Assembly (NCBI GenBank): GCA_020184695.1
Contig: JAANOX010000136.1
Span: 124,001 to 188,000, forward strand
From: Histomonas meleagridis 2922-C6/04-290x
Lineage: Eukaryota; Protista; Parabasalia
DNA length: 64,000 nt
Reading direction: 5' to 3'
Positions 45,387-56,103 of this stretch are shown piece after piece. Under the pieces are notes generated by a model. The model made no database searches. It was not told the DNA's origin and was given only the letters and a program-made list of their open reading frames with translations. The stretch's first letter is position 1; the number at the start of each line of letters is the position of its first letter. Both the position numbers and the translations under genes were made by a program.

Positions 45387-47174
45387 TTACTGTAGTTGAT
45401 ACTTCGCCAAGTCTGCGTATATTCCATTCTTCTTTAACAACTGTTCGTGTGTTCCTGTTTCCGCTATATGTCCGTCCTGGAACACGAATATTTTCTCTGC
45501 GTGTACCACAGTTGCCAATCTATGCGCCACCAAAATCGAAGTCTTTCCGTGTCTAAATGATTCCAGCGACTGCTGCACCAAACGCTCGCTTTCTGTATCC
45601 AAAGCAGCAGTTGCCTCATCGAGCAACAGGATTGGCGTTGGAGCCAAGATTGCTCTTGAGATACAAATTCTTTGTTTTTGTCCGCCACTTAATGACGTTT
45701 GCTTTACTATTGTATCATATCCGTCTCTAATTTCGGTAATGAAATCATGTGCATTTCCTGTTTTAGCTGCTTGTACTATTTCGTCATTACTTGCCTCGAG
45801 TTTACTATATCGAATATTATCAGCGATACTCATTGAGAATAACACTGGCGATTGAGGTACAATCGATATATTACTTCTTAAACTTCGTGGCGAAACTGTT
45901 CGAATATCAATTCCATCAATTAATATTTCGCCTTCGTCAATATCATAAAATCGTTGTATCAATTGTAACGTTGTCGACTTACCACAACCTGATTCACCTA
46001 CAAATGCCACTGTTTGTCCAGGCTTGATCTTGAATGATAAATTACGTACTGCCCATTTCTTACATCCTTTATATCGAAAGCCGACTTTACGGAATTCGAT
46101 TTTCCCTTTGACATTCTTAAGCTCATTACCTTCATCACGTTTAATGCTCGGCTCATGATCAATAATCGCAGAGATGTTACGCGCTGCTTTCTTCGCTGTA
46201 CGTAAATCTTCGGTGACGCTTAACATGGTACGTAAGCCAACAGTGAATAATACAACTCCATTGGCTACAACTACGACTTGGAATAAGTCCATTTGTTCAT
46301 CTTCAGGATGAACCATTAATCGAAGTAAATACCAAATGATAGTGATGCCTAAAGCTGCAAGAATCGCTAACGCTAAGCCTATGGTAATACCTCGAATGAC
46401 AGAGACTTTGTTAAGGATTTTTTGTTCTGCATAAAGATCAGATGCAAAACTTTGTGACTCATAGTTTTCTTGATCAAAAGATTTCACGGTTCGAAATTCA
46501 GTAACAACAGCAATCGCCTTTTCAACCGATTCTGTACCAGCGGCTTTATATTGTTCCCAAATTTTGTCGGCCCATTTATCGCCACCCCATAATTCAAGTG
46601 CTAAAACTATTGGAAAAGCGATAAACATAAGGGTAATCTTCCAATCATAAACAAGGCCTAATATAATGCTACCTAAAGAAAGCGCACAGGCTGCAATTGT
46701 AAGGAAAATTTGATCAACATATACATCTTTGATATAACTAACACCTTCTGATATACGGGAAACCATAGCTCCATAAGAATGTGTATCAAAATATGAAATA
46801 TCTGCATTAAGTAAAGCAGAATACAATTTTTTGCGAATGTCTAATAAAAACATTGGGGCAACTACACCTTGAATAGCAGTGCTTCCTGTTTCTAAAACAA
46901 TACTAATCGCACAAATCCAAGCTGATTGTTTTACAAAATCAGTGGCCGCATCTAAAAACCCTACAACGGCCCCAAACAATTCTGTTCCTAGTTTCATTGG
47001 ATACATAAATAATAAAGGAGAAAGTCCAGCAATAAAAGCTGTAATAAATGATAAAATCAAAAATCTTTTTCGATCAAAATAAGAGATAATACGCCTATAT
47101 TCTCCTCCTTTCACGATAACATCTTTATCTACGTTTTCAATATCATCATTAAACCCTGGCCCAAAAAGAGACAT
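45387..47174 (-). CDS. ABCB/MDR-type half transporter
   Basis: Transmembrane domain plus GESGCGKS, LSGGQKQR, ILLLDEAT and AHRL motifs; first ATG at 47174. Confidence 0.95.
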   Translation of the reverse strand: MSLFGPGFNDDIENVDKDVIVKGGEYRRIISYFDRKRFLILSFITAFIAGLSPLLFMYPMKLGTELFGAVVGFLDAATDFVKQSAWICAISIVLETGSTAIQGVVAPMFLLDIRKKLYSALLNADISYFDTHSYGAMVSRISEGVSYIKDVYVDQIFLTIAACALSLGSIILGLVYDWKITLMFIAFPIVLALELWGGDKWADKIWEQYKAAGTESVEKAIAVVTEFRTVKSFDQENYESQSFASDLYAEQKILNKVSVIRGITIGLALAILAALGITIIWYLLRLMVHPEDEQMDLFQVVVVANGVVLFTVGLRTMLSVTEDLRTAKKAARNISAIIDHEPSIKRDEGNELKNVKGKIEFRKVGFRYKGCKKWAVRNLSFKIKPGQTVAFVGESGCGKSTTLQLIQRFYDIDEGEILIDGIDIRTVSPRSLRSNISIVPQSPVLFSMSIADNIRYSKLEASNDEIVQAAKTGNAHDFITEIRDGYDTIVKQTSLSGGQKQRICISRAILAPTPILLLDEATAALDTESERLVQQSLESFRHGKTSILVAHRLATVVHAEKIFVFQDGHIAETGTHEQLLKKNGIYADLAKYQLQ

Positions 47175-47309
47175 TAGAAAATGTTCAGTATTAAGGCGCC
47201 GTTTGATCAACAACCGCAAAAACAAATTCAATTTTCAATGCCGTACTGTAAAATTGAGGGGAATTGGCTGAATTCCTAAAAAACGGTTAGATGAACGTAT
47301 CCATTTTGA

Positions 47310-49424
47310 ATGAACAGGCTTACCTCTGAATTAGCATCTAATAAGTCTGCTCAAGCTGATGATAATCTTTCATCTGAAGAAAAAGCGCATGCAAGAAATA
47401 AATTATATGGTATGTTATTTTCTGATTGGCTTGCATGGGTTGCTTTAATTCCTGCTTTAGGAATTGGCGTTTTACCAAGTATATTCATTTGGTTAGGAAC
47501 TCCTGCAATTGATGCAATTACAGATTGGCAATATTCAATTTTTAGGAATCAATTTTTCCCAGAATATTACACAGAAGTTTATGATCCAATGCCATTAATT
47601 GAAACACAAATTAAAAAGATGGCAATAGTTGTTGCTGTTATGGCTGTGCTTCAATTTTTCATCACAATGTTATGGACGCAAATTGGATCAAGAGTTACTG
47701 TTAGAATTAAAACACAAATGTTTAGCAACATGATGAGGAGTGATGTTAAGTTTTTTGACGTTAGACCAGTTGGTGATATTCTTACATTATTATCAGAAGA
47801 TGCAGAATCTGTTCAACTTTCATTTGGTAAAGTCAAAGGTGTTCAAGCGGCGTCCTTATCACAAGGTGTTACTGGTGTTGTCTTTGCATTTGTAAGTGGA
47901 TGGGATATTGCATTAATCATGTTAATTTGTGTTCCACTTATAGCCATTGTTTTGGGTATCATTGTACCCAGCATTCTCCGTAACTCAGACGATAAATTCC
48001 ATTATACCTCGCAATCAATGACAATTGCCGAAGAAACATTAGCATCTGTTCGAACAGTTCGAGGTTTTAATCGAGAAGAATATGAAATTGGTCGTTTTGC
48101 CGAAGCCACTAAGAATGCCTCTAAGCATGAGCGTAACATTAGTTTAATATTATCTGTTTTCTTATTATTTGTTTTATGTATAGTTGTTGCAAATGTATTA
48201 TGTGATTTTTATTATGGCGCTGTCAAAGTTGACAACAATGATTTAACACTTGGAGAACTTTTATCTATTTTTGTATATACAGTACTTGGAGCACTTTCTA
48301 TTGTTTCATTACAAGGAACGATGCAAGGTGAACAAAAGGCTATAGCATCTGGCACACGTATTATGCGAGTTATGGAATATGAGTCCGCAATTAACTTTGA
48401 TGGCGGCACCAAAATCAAAAACTTTAAAGGAAAAATCGAGTTTCGTAATGTTTCCTTTAAATATCCGACACGTGATGCATATGTCTTAAAGAATGTTTCC
48501 TTCATAATAGAACCTGATCAAACAGGTGCATTAGTCGGACATTCTGGTTCAGGTAAATCGACATGTGTACAATTACTTGAACGATTTTATGATGTAACTG
48601 AAGGACAAATACTATTAGATGGCCATGACATTAGAACACTTGACCCACATTGGTTACATAAGAAAATCGCATTAGTATCACAAGAACCAATTCTATTTAG
48701 AACAACCATAGCTAATAACTTAAGATATGGAGCTAAAAAGGCATCGCAAAAAGAACTCGACGCTGCTGTAGAAGTGGCTAATGCTACTAAAATATTAACG
48801 AAGCTTGAAAATGGATATGATACTATTGCCGGTGATAAAGGTACTTCGTTGTCTGGAGGACAAAGACAAAGAATTGCGATCGCAAGAGCTGTTTTGATGA
48901 AGCCGAGAATTCTGATCTGTGATGAGGCAACTTCTGCTTTGGACGCTAAAAGCGAAAAGAAAGTTCAACTTGCTTTGGATAAGGTGATGGAAGGGTGCAC
49001 AGCTGTCATTGTGGCGCATAGATTGTCTACAATCAAAAACGCAGACGTGATTTACGTGTTCGATTCAGGAGAAATTCTGGAATCAGGTAAACACGAAGAA
49101 TTGCTGCAAAGAAAAGGACCGTACTACAATTTGGTGAAAAGACAATTGTCAAAAGATATGGCGAAAGAAAACAATGAAAAAACAAATAAAAAGAATGAAA
49201 AGAATACAAAAGACAAGAAAAATGATACTAAAGATGCAAAGAAGAATGATACAAAAGATGTAAAGAGAAACACTAAAGATGCAAAGAAGAATGATACAAA
49301 AGATGCAAAGAAGAATGATAAAAACACAAAGAAAAGTGAGGCAATGAAAAAGAAACAGAAGAAAGTTTCTTCTTCATCGTCATCAGAGTCATCTTCTTTA
49401 GAACTTGAAACAGAATCATCTTAA
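47310..49424 (+). CDS. ABCB/MDR-type half transporter with Lys-rich repetitive tail
   Basis: GHSGSGKS, LSGGQRQR, ILICDEAT and AHRL motifs; tail of KNDTKDAK-like repeats. Confidence 0.95.
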   Translation: MNRLTSELASNKSAQADDNLSSEEKAHARNKLYGMLFSDWLAWVALIPALGIGVLPSIFIWLGTPAIDAITDWQYSIFRNQFFPEYYTEVYDPMPLIETQIKKMAIVVAVMAVLQFFITMLWTQIGSRVTVRIKTQMFSNMMRSDVKFFDVRPVGDILTLLSEDAESVQLSFGKVKGVQAASLSQGVTGVVFAFVSGWDIALIMLICVPLIAIVLGIIVPSILRNSDDKFHYTSQSMTIAEETLASVRTVRGFNREEYEIGRFAEATKNASKHERNISLILSVFLLFVLCIVVANVLCDFYYGAVKVDNNDLTLGELLSIFVYTVLGALSIVSLQGTMQGEQKAIASGTRIMRVMEYESAINFDGGTKIKNFKGKIEFRNVSFKYPTRDAYVLKNVSFIIEPDQTGALVGHSGSGKSTCVQLLERFYDVTEGQILLDGHDIRTLDPHWLHKKIALVSQEPILFRTTIANNLRYGAKKASQKELDAAVEVANATKILTKLENGYDTIAGDKGTSLSGGQRQRIAIARAVLMKPRILICDEATSALDAKSEKKVQLALDKVMEGCTAVIVAHRLSTIKNADVIYVFDSGEILESGKHEELLQRKGPYYNLVKRQLSKDMAKENNEKTNKKNEKNTKDKKNDTKDAKKNDTKDVKRNTKDAKKNDTKDAKKNDKNTKKSEAMKKKQKKVSSSSSSESSSLELETESS

Positions 49425-49699
49425 ATAAATCGGCATAAATACATATTAAAATAGATGTTAAAACATTATTAATAACTAAACCAAGAATTATTTTTTTCTT
49501 TCTATTTTCGTAATTAATCGACCGTTACTTGAGCGAATAATTCCTAAACGGTCATGTACAAAATCATTCAATTTTTTCTATGATATCATAGAAACTGGAC
49601 GATAATTGTGTATCGAGATGTTAAACTTCCGATTATCGTAAAAAGTAACTTCCGTTCAATTTCACAAAATTTCTTATTGAAACTGTTTTTTGATATCAA

Positions 49700-52396
49700 A
49701 TGCTAGCTATTTTATTTTGTTTTTCACTTCAAAGAATAATTAGCGGAACTACAGATTTTTATGGGCGCAGCTATAAGCTTTCCTATGAGTTAGCAAGTAA
49801 ACATATTCTGTCAGGTGAACCAAGATGGTATTACATAACAGTATCTGACAAATCCGTGCATAAAGAATTCCCACTTATTTTCACACCAGAGCACTTTATT
49901 TCACCTGGATTTTTTTATGCATTTTTGAATGATAAGGAATATATTCCGATTAATAAAACAAATAAAGTTAAGATATATCCAGTTCAACCATCCAACAAAA
50001 TAGCTGAAGATCTTAAAGTTTTTCAAGGATGTAAATCTGTTCTTGTTAAAGCACATTCTTCATTTTGTCAATCCGATCAATATGCTTATGAGCTTGTCGG
50101 TGATAATTTATATGTTGTTAAACTTAAAGATGGCGATATTGAAAGTTTAATGAACAATAATTTTGTATATTCCATTCATTCAATTCCTGATATTGCTTTT
50201 CAATCTAATCATGCTGTTGGATATGTTCAATCCGGCCAGTTAGACTTCACCACTGATTCACATAAGGTTAGTTTTATTCCACGTGTAATTCATGATCTTG
50301 GTTATAATGGTACAGGGGAAATCATTACCATTACAGACTCAGGCATTGACGTCAATTCAACATTTTTCAAAGATCCCAACCATTTGGTTCCATTTAACGA
50401 AACCAATCCAAATCATTATAAGATATATTCATATTGGACATTAACTGGCGAATACACAGATTATACTGGCCATGGTACGCATGTCTCAGGAATAGCGGCC
50501 GGATGGCCATATGAAGGCAAAATGTCAAATTTGTCATCATATGGAGGAGCAGCACCAGGCAGTAAAATCAACTTCATTGATGTTGTTCAGCGAACAGATT
50601 TCATTGATTCGTATACAATATCTATCAAATTATTTGAATATATGCAAAAAGGTGATTCATATGTTAGTTCCAATTCATTTAGTTTACGAGGCCGCTTTGA
50701 AGGTGATAATGTTTACCGGAATGTATATGATAACAATTCAGCATATAACAATGAGTATTTATATGTTTGTTCAGCCATAAACGATCCATCTCCTAATGCT
50801 ATTACTGTACCAGGAAGTTGTCGTAATATATTAACTGTTGGATCATTAGCTCGAATAACAACAAGTACTACATATCCATCAGTTGCATCAACATCAGGTC
50901 GCGGGCCAATTCAAGAAGGTAATATTAAACCAGAAGTTGTTGCGCCAGGAAATTCTATAACTAGTGCATGTAACAATCACAAAGATATATGTGTTAAATC
51001 AGGAACATCAATGGCTACACCACTTGTTTCAGGATCGATTTTATTACTTCGGGAATACTTAAAGAAGAATTATAACATAACAAGAATTACTAATACATTA
51101 CAAAGAGGTTTAATCATTGCAAGTGCAGATAAAAAAGATCCAAAAACACCAGATACTGCTTATGGATTTGGTATCTTAAACATGTCGAATTTGATTACAG
51201 AGTTATCTAATAATACGATTTTATTTGAAGATGTTCAATTAATGAAAGATTCACAAGTTCTTTATGAAGTTAATGTACTTAATAATAATAGTGATTTACG
51301 TATTGTATTTTCTTATAATGATTATACTTCATTAAGTATCTTAAACTTTATTGTTGATTTATTTGTGGTTACACCGAATGGTAAAAAGTTATTACCATTT
51401 TATGAAACTGAAGAAAGTTATTATTCAACAAATCTTCGAATCTTTATACCAAGTGATGAATTAGAGATTGGTGTTTATACTATATATTTATTAACACATA
51501 AAAGTGAAGAAACATTAGAAAAACCAAATTTTGTTAATGGTACAATTATAGCATTAGGGAATGTTAATACATTAAACCAAATTAATATTAAAGACACAAA
51601 ATATAATTGGAATTATTTATGTGAATCAAATACTACAAATTATACATTAACTAATGGATGTAAATGTAAAGATAATTATGTTGGTATCTTTTGTCAACAT
51701 AAAGTTATTACATTAAAACAAAATAAACATTATTCATTTACTTTAAAGCCATTTGAAAGTATTTATTTCACATTTAATCTTACAAAAATGATAAAAACAT
51801 TTTATCTTTTATTAGAGCCTAAAAGTTATATTGATCGACAATTAATATATCATTTAAACAAAAATAATTTTAGTCGTTTTCCAAATGATTATTATTTCTT
51901 AGGATATTTAGATATTAGTTCATCAAATAAGAACTTTAGATTATATTCAACTGAAGCAGATTTTAATTCTAATGATATTATCTATTTCATATTAACTAAT
52001 GACGCGCAAAATGATATGTCAATGGAAATTGAAATGGGATATGATTATAATGATGATGATGATGTCAAATCTTCAAATAAAGCTATTTTAGCGATTGTTT
52101 TATCCATTTCATTTGTAATACTTTTTGTGTTATTTATTGGTTTATTCTGTCTTATTTCCAAAAATACTTATTCATCTTCTTCTTCTTCGTCTCAACTTAA
52201 AAATGAAGGTGTTGAAGATAACTATCAAACTACAAATATGCCAATATATGGATATGATAACTATGATGCATCATATGACCAAGCAATTCCTCCAACATAT
52301 GGTAGCCCAACCAATAACATAAATTACCCTGAATACGCAGCTATGGAGGACGACTTACCTCCGACAACACCGGTAAAAAAAGTTATGAATAAATAA
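49700..52396 (+). CDS. Membrane-anchored subtilisin-like serine protease (S8)
   Basis: Signal-like N-terminus; triad motifs DSGID, HGTHVSG and SGTSMATP; EGF-like Cys segment; transmembrane helix AILAIVLSISFVILFVLFIGLFCLI. Confidence 0.95.
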   Translation: MLAILFCFSLQRIISGTTDFYGRSYKLSYELASKHILSGEPRWYYITVSDKSVHKEFPLIFTPEHFISPGFFYAFLNDKEYIPINKTNKVKIYPVQPSNKIAEDLKVFQGCKSVLVKAHSSFCQSDQYAYELVGDNLYVVKLKDGDIESLMNNNFVYSIHSIPDIAFQSNHAVGYVQSGQLDFTTDSHKVSFIPRVIHDLGYNGTGEIITITDSGIDVNSTFFKDPNHLVPFNETNPNHYKIYSYWTLTGEYTDYTGHGTHVSGIAAGWPYEGKMSNLSSYGGAAPGSKINFIDVVQRTDFIDSYTISIKLFEYMQKGDSYVSSNSFSLRGRFEGDNVYRNVYDNNSAYNNEYLYVCSAINDPSPNAITVPGSCRNILTVGSLARITTSTTYPSVASTSGRGPIQEGNIKPEVVAPGNSITSACNNHKDICVKSGTSMATPLVSGSILLLREYLKKNYNITRITNTLQRGLIIASADKKDPKTPDTAYGFGILNMSNLITELSNNTILFEDVQLMKDSQVLYEVNVLNNNSDLRIVFSYNDYTSLSILNFIVDLFVVTPNGKKLLPFYETEESYYSTNLRIFIPSDELEIGVYTIYLLTHKSEETLEKPNFVNGTIIALGNVNTLNQINIKDTKYNWNYLCESNTTNYTLTNGCKCKDNYVGIFCQHKVITLKQNKHYSFTLKPFESIYFTFNLTKMIKTFYLLLEPKSYIDRQLIYHLNKNNFSRFPNDYYFLGYLDISSSNKNFRLYSTEADFNSNDIIYFILTNDAQNDMSMEIEMGYDYNDDDDVKSSNKAILAIVLSISFVILFVLFIGLFCLISKNTYSSSSSSSQLKNEGVEDNYQTTNMPIYGYDNYDASYDQAIPPTYGSPTNNINYPEYAAMEDDLPPTTPVKKVMNK

Positions 52397-52479
52397 TAAG
52401 AATAAAGAAATTATTTTTTGTTAAATTGAAATTTCAATTTTGTGGTAATAGAAAAAAATGTTATAAAAAAAAAGTTTAA

Positions 52480-52695
52480 TTACATTGGACTGTCAAAACT
52501 TAGTGTGGTGGGGCCAATTGGTGTGGTGATGTTCAACCATTGACGAGAAGATTGAAATTCGGGTGACTCAAAAACAGGTCGAGGTCGTTGAGCTGTAATT
52601 GGTGACGCTGGAGATTTCATGTTGTTCATTTCTTCAAATTGTTGGATATCTTCATCAGTTCCAATTTCAATGACTGTTGGAGGAGGACGAAACAT
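52480..52695 (-). CDS. Small protein resembling APC/C subunit Cdc26
   Basis: MFRPPPTVIEIGTDEDIQQFE parallels the Cdc26 N-terminus [20 protein letters not shown], followed by a disordered S/P-rich tail. Confidence 0.55.
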   Translation of the reverse strand: MFRPPPTVIEIGTDEDIQQFEEMNNMKSPASPITAQRPRPVFESPEFQSSRQWLNITTPIGPTTLSFDSPM

Positions 52696-52756
52696 CTGAA
52701 GAAAAAACGTTTAATTTTTCTTTCACGTTTAAAATTTATTGAATTAATTTTGTTTG

Positions 52757-52764
52757 TCACTTTT
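52757..52764 (+). promoter_or_regulatory. Initiator (Inr) element
   Basis: TCACTTTT 17 nt upstream of ATG 52774. Confidence 0.55.
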
Positions 52765-52773
52765 TAGCAAGAA

Positions 52774-54288
52774 ATGAAAACTTTTCCCAACACAACAATA
52801 TTCGCTGGGGATAAACCAAAGAAGGGAGAAGCTTCTTTAAGAGTGTACCAATTAGCTCTTGCTGTGTTTTTCAAGGAAGACCAAGCTGAAGGTCCAGATC
52901 CTTATCAAGATCAATTCTCTTTGACACCATTAACTCAATCATATCAAAGTCAAAATGGATACCACGTTTTTGATCTTGGGTTCTATTCTGAGCTTACATT
53001 AATTGAGAATCCATATCGAATTTGTTTTCATGATCTTACTCAGGAATTGGGACTTGCCATTAATTTTCCTGATGCTGATTCATTCAATGGATTTTTTGAA
53101 CTTTTAAATCAATACATATGTCTTTTAGCACCAGATCTTCAAGGTTTCTTTCAAATCATTAGATTAACACCACCTTTAATTACTGACCCAAGTTTTCTTC
53201 AAGACAAAGAATTACGTAAGAATGATTTTATTAACAATCGAGTTGAAAGTCCTGATCAATTATTTTCAGCACATTCGCGTTTAATATCGCAAATCACACC
53301 ACAATCAAATCGCCATGTAGCTACGCTTGAAGATGTAACACATTCTTTCCAATCGCAAGCCAACATTTTAAATTTAGTAAAGAATTTCATTATCCCAGAT
53401 GAATATAAATCCATAATATGGTCATATCTTATAGGCATGTATCCACTTGATCATATCGAACCCAAACGTATGGAACAATACTTAACAGTTCGTAAGCAAT
53501 GGGAATGTATTACACAATCACAAATTAACCGCTCGGCACTTTTCCACTATCATTTTCAAGTTTTATATGAAAGCTTACGAAACAATAAGGAACAAATATT
53601 AGAAGTTGTACCAAATGAAATTATTATCCAAGTCTTGTTTAATGTGATTATGTCACTCAAGCATTTATATTTTTTATTGACAGGATATTGTGATGAAATT
53701 ATCTCAATACTTAAAGTGTTCTTATGGATGTATATACATAACATTAAAGAAGTTAATAATGAAAAAATATTTGTCACAAGGAATAATATCGAACTTAAAC
53801 AAAATGAAATCGAATGTATATTATTTTGGTCTCTTATATTCATTATCGAAAAAGGAGAAATTCGACGAATAATTGAAAATGGAAAAAACACAAAAAAGTT
53901 TATTTTCGATGAAATCTCTGATTTTATTTTCTTAATACATCCAAGAATGTATAAATTATTAAACCAAAAAGGTATTGCTGATTATGCCGGTCTAAACAAA
54001 CTTTTGTTTATTGGCTTTAGTAAAATAATTCCGTATAGTGATTGTGCTGATATTTGGATATCTGCAATGGCTTCTGGACAATTTTTTAAATTTAATCAAT
54101 TAATGATCGTTTCAAGTATATTATTAAATTTCCCGAACATTCTTTCAATGCCTTCTACGAATAGTAATGGTTTATTGAATGTAATTCAACAAATTTTCGG
54201 GTTATTGGATTATCATTATATAGAAAGTGCCGCATTTTGTTTGTTTGAAAAAGCAGATAATATAATCAAAGAAAATTTGACTAAATAA
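52774..54288 (+). CDS. Divergent TBC1D15/17-like Rab-GAP domain protein
   Basis: KSIIWSYLIGMYP...EQYLTVRKQWECIT matches the TBC N-terminal motifs; no IxxDxxR motif is visible. Confidence 0.65.
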   Translation: MKTFPNTTIFAGDKPKKGEASLRVYQLALAVFFKEDQAEGPDPYQDQFSLTPLTQSYQSQNGYHVFDLGFYSELTLIENPYRICFHDLTQELGLAINFPDADSFNGFFELLNQYICLLAPDLQGFFQIIRLTPPLITDPSFLQDKELRKNDFINNRVESPDQLFSAHSRLISQITPQSNRHVATLEDVTHSFQSQANILNLVKNFIIPDEYKSIIWSYLIGMYPLDHIEPKRMEQYLTVRKQWECITQSQINRSALFHYHFQVLYESLRNNKEQILEVVPNEIIIQVLFNVIMSLKHLYFLLTGYCDEIISILKVFLWMYIHNIKEVNNEKIFVTRNNIELKQNEIECILFWSLIFIIEKGEIRRIIENGKNTKKFIFDEISDFIFLIHPRMYKLLNQKGIADYAGLNKLLFIGFSKIIPYSDCADIWISAMASGQFFKFNQLMIVSSILLNFPNILSMPSTNSNGLLNVIQQIFGLLDYHYIESAAFCLFEKADNIIKENLTK

Positions 54289-54363
54289 ACTATTTAATTA
54301 TGTTTTGGTTATTTGGCACTTTTTTTGATGTGATTTTAAACATCAAATCGTTTAATTAATTTT

Positions 54364-56103
54364 ATGAAAAGGAAAATAGAACTGTTCCAATACTTATTTA
54401 AAGATAACGAAATGAAGAGATTCGTTGAAAATGTGTGTCATTGGACTATCATTTTAAAGAATAATTTGGATCAATTTAATTTCCTTAAAAATTATTTGTT
54501 CTATTTTAAGTTTAATTTTGATTATAATACTATTATAGAACATTCTGATTCTTTATCTTCAATATTTGTATGGGACTTTCAAACTATTAAAAATGATTTA
54601 TATACAATTTTATACAGAATTGTTAAACAAATTTTAATCCATAAAATAGATAATTCTTCAAATATTAAGCTGGATATTAGACAATTACAAATTAAAATTA
54701 ATCCAATGAATTTACCATTTCAAATTGGGTTTCATTACTTAAATGGTATAATTGATTTAGGTTCACATTGTTTTATTCAAGGAAAAATCATTTCGATTGA
54801 ACAAGAAAACCCAATAATTATTCGATATTTATATTGTTGTACCAATTCAACATGTAACAACAATTTTTATTTAAAGAATTCAGAGAAATATGGAACAATA
54901 TATTGTCGTTTTTGTAACGAGAAAGCAGAAGAAGATACAACTGGAAGAATTACAACAAACGAACGAATTATACAAATAATTTCTGGTAATGGATTTGGAT
55001 TTAAACCAATAAATATATCATTGAGAGGCGAATTAACACAAATTAAATTAAATATTGGAGATGATGTTGATATTATAGGAACAAAGAAATATTTAAAACT
55101 TAATGAATTCCAAATTAATGCAACTTCAATAAAGTTAACACCATTAATAACACAAAGGAAAATAAATTTTATTGATAAAACATTTAATTCATTATATAAT
55201 TGGCTTAAAAATCATTTCCAAAATGAATCAAAATCATTTGTTAAAATTATATTTGCATCAATAATAGCGATAATTAATCATAAAAGTATTTTATTCATTG
55301 TTAAATCATTAGAAGAATTAAACATTGTTTCTGATTTAATTAAAACTACACTTAACACAATAACATTAAAATTTTCAACAAAATCTGTATTTGATTCATT
55401 AAAACAAAAAACTTCAGTATTATTTGGTGCAAAGAACGGCGCAATAATAATTCCACATTTAGAGTTATTAAATAATCAAAAGAAATCAAAATTAAATCGA
55501 ATTATTTCACAAGGTACTATTAATGGATATCAACTTAATACGTCAATTATTGGTTTATTAATTTCAGTAACTTATAATCCAGAAGATATCAAATTATTTG
55601 ATTCATTTGATTTTATTATTAGAGTGAATTCGTTTCCAATTGATATTATTAATTGTTATTACTTTAAAGAAACTTTTAACTCGATAAACTCTAAAAAAAT
55701 TATAAAACATATTAAAAATAGCCAAAATAATATTAATAGAATAAGTCTAAATGAAGAATCTGAAGAATTAATAAATTGTTATATGGAATACTTAAAAAGA
55801 AAAGAAATTCCGTTTTCAATTGATAATTTGGTCGATATAACAATTGGAATTACTGCACTTAGAGCTGATGACGAAGTGTTTATGGACGATGTGTTAATGG
55901 CAATATATTATCTCGAGGAAAAATACGCATCGCTGTCTGGTAACGAAACACTGTTTTCCCAACTGTCAATAGACAACTGTTTCTTTCCTTCTTCACTATC
56001 AAAAATACCAACAAATGACGAGCCAACGCTATTTGAGATATGGAAGAATGCATTGCTGAAAGACATCAATTTCTCTGCACCAGAAAACGCAGTCTATATG
56101 TGA
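54364..56103 (+). CDS. Divergent MCM-family protein (MCMDC2-like, degenerate AAA+)
   Basis: Zn finger YCCTNSTC...YCRFC; OB motif ISLRGELTQ...IGDDVDIIG; AAA+-like region lacks Walker A/B; lid-like DDVLMAIYYLEE. Confidence 0.65.
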   Translation: MKRKIELFQYLFKDNEMKRFVENVCHWTIILKNNLDQFNFLKNYLFYFKFNFDYNTIIEHSDSLSSIFVWDFQTIKNDLYTILYRIVKQILIHKIDNSSNIKLDIRQLQIKINPMNLPFQIGFHYLNGIIDLGSHCFIQGKIISIEQENPIIIRYLYCCTNSTCNNNFYLKNSEKYGTIYCRFCNEKAEEDTTGRITTNERIIQIISGNGFGFKPINISLRGELTQIKLNIGDDVDIIGTKKYLKLNEFQINATSIKLTPLITQRKINFIDKTFNSLYNWLKNHFQNESKSFVKIIFASIIAIINHKSILFIVKSLEELNIVSDLIKTTLNTITLKFSTKSVFDSLKQKTSVLFGAKNGAIIIPHLELLNNQKKSKLNRIISQGTINGYQLNTSIIGLLISVTYNPEDIKLFDSFDFIIRVNSFPIDIINCYYFKETFNSINSKKIIKHIKNSQNNINRISLNEESEELINCYMEYLKRKEIPFSIDNLVDITIGITALRADDEVFMDDVLMAIYYLEEKYASLSGNETLFSQLSIDNCFFPSSLSKIPTNDEPTLFEIWKNALLKDINFSAPENAVYM

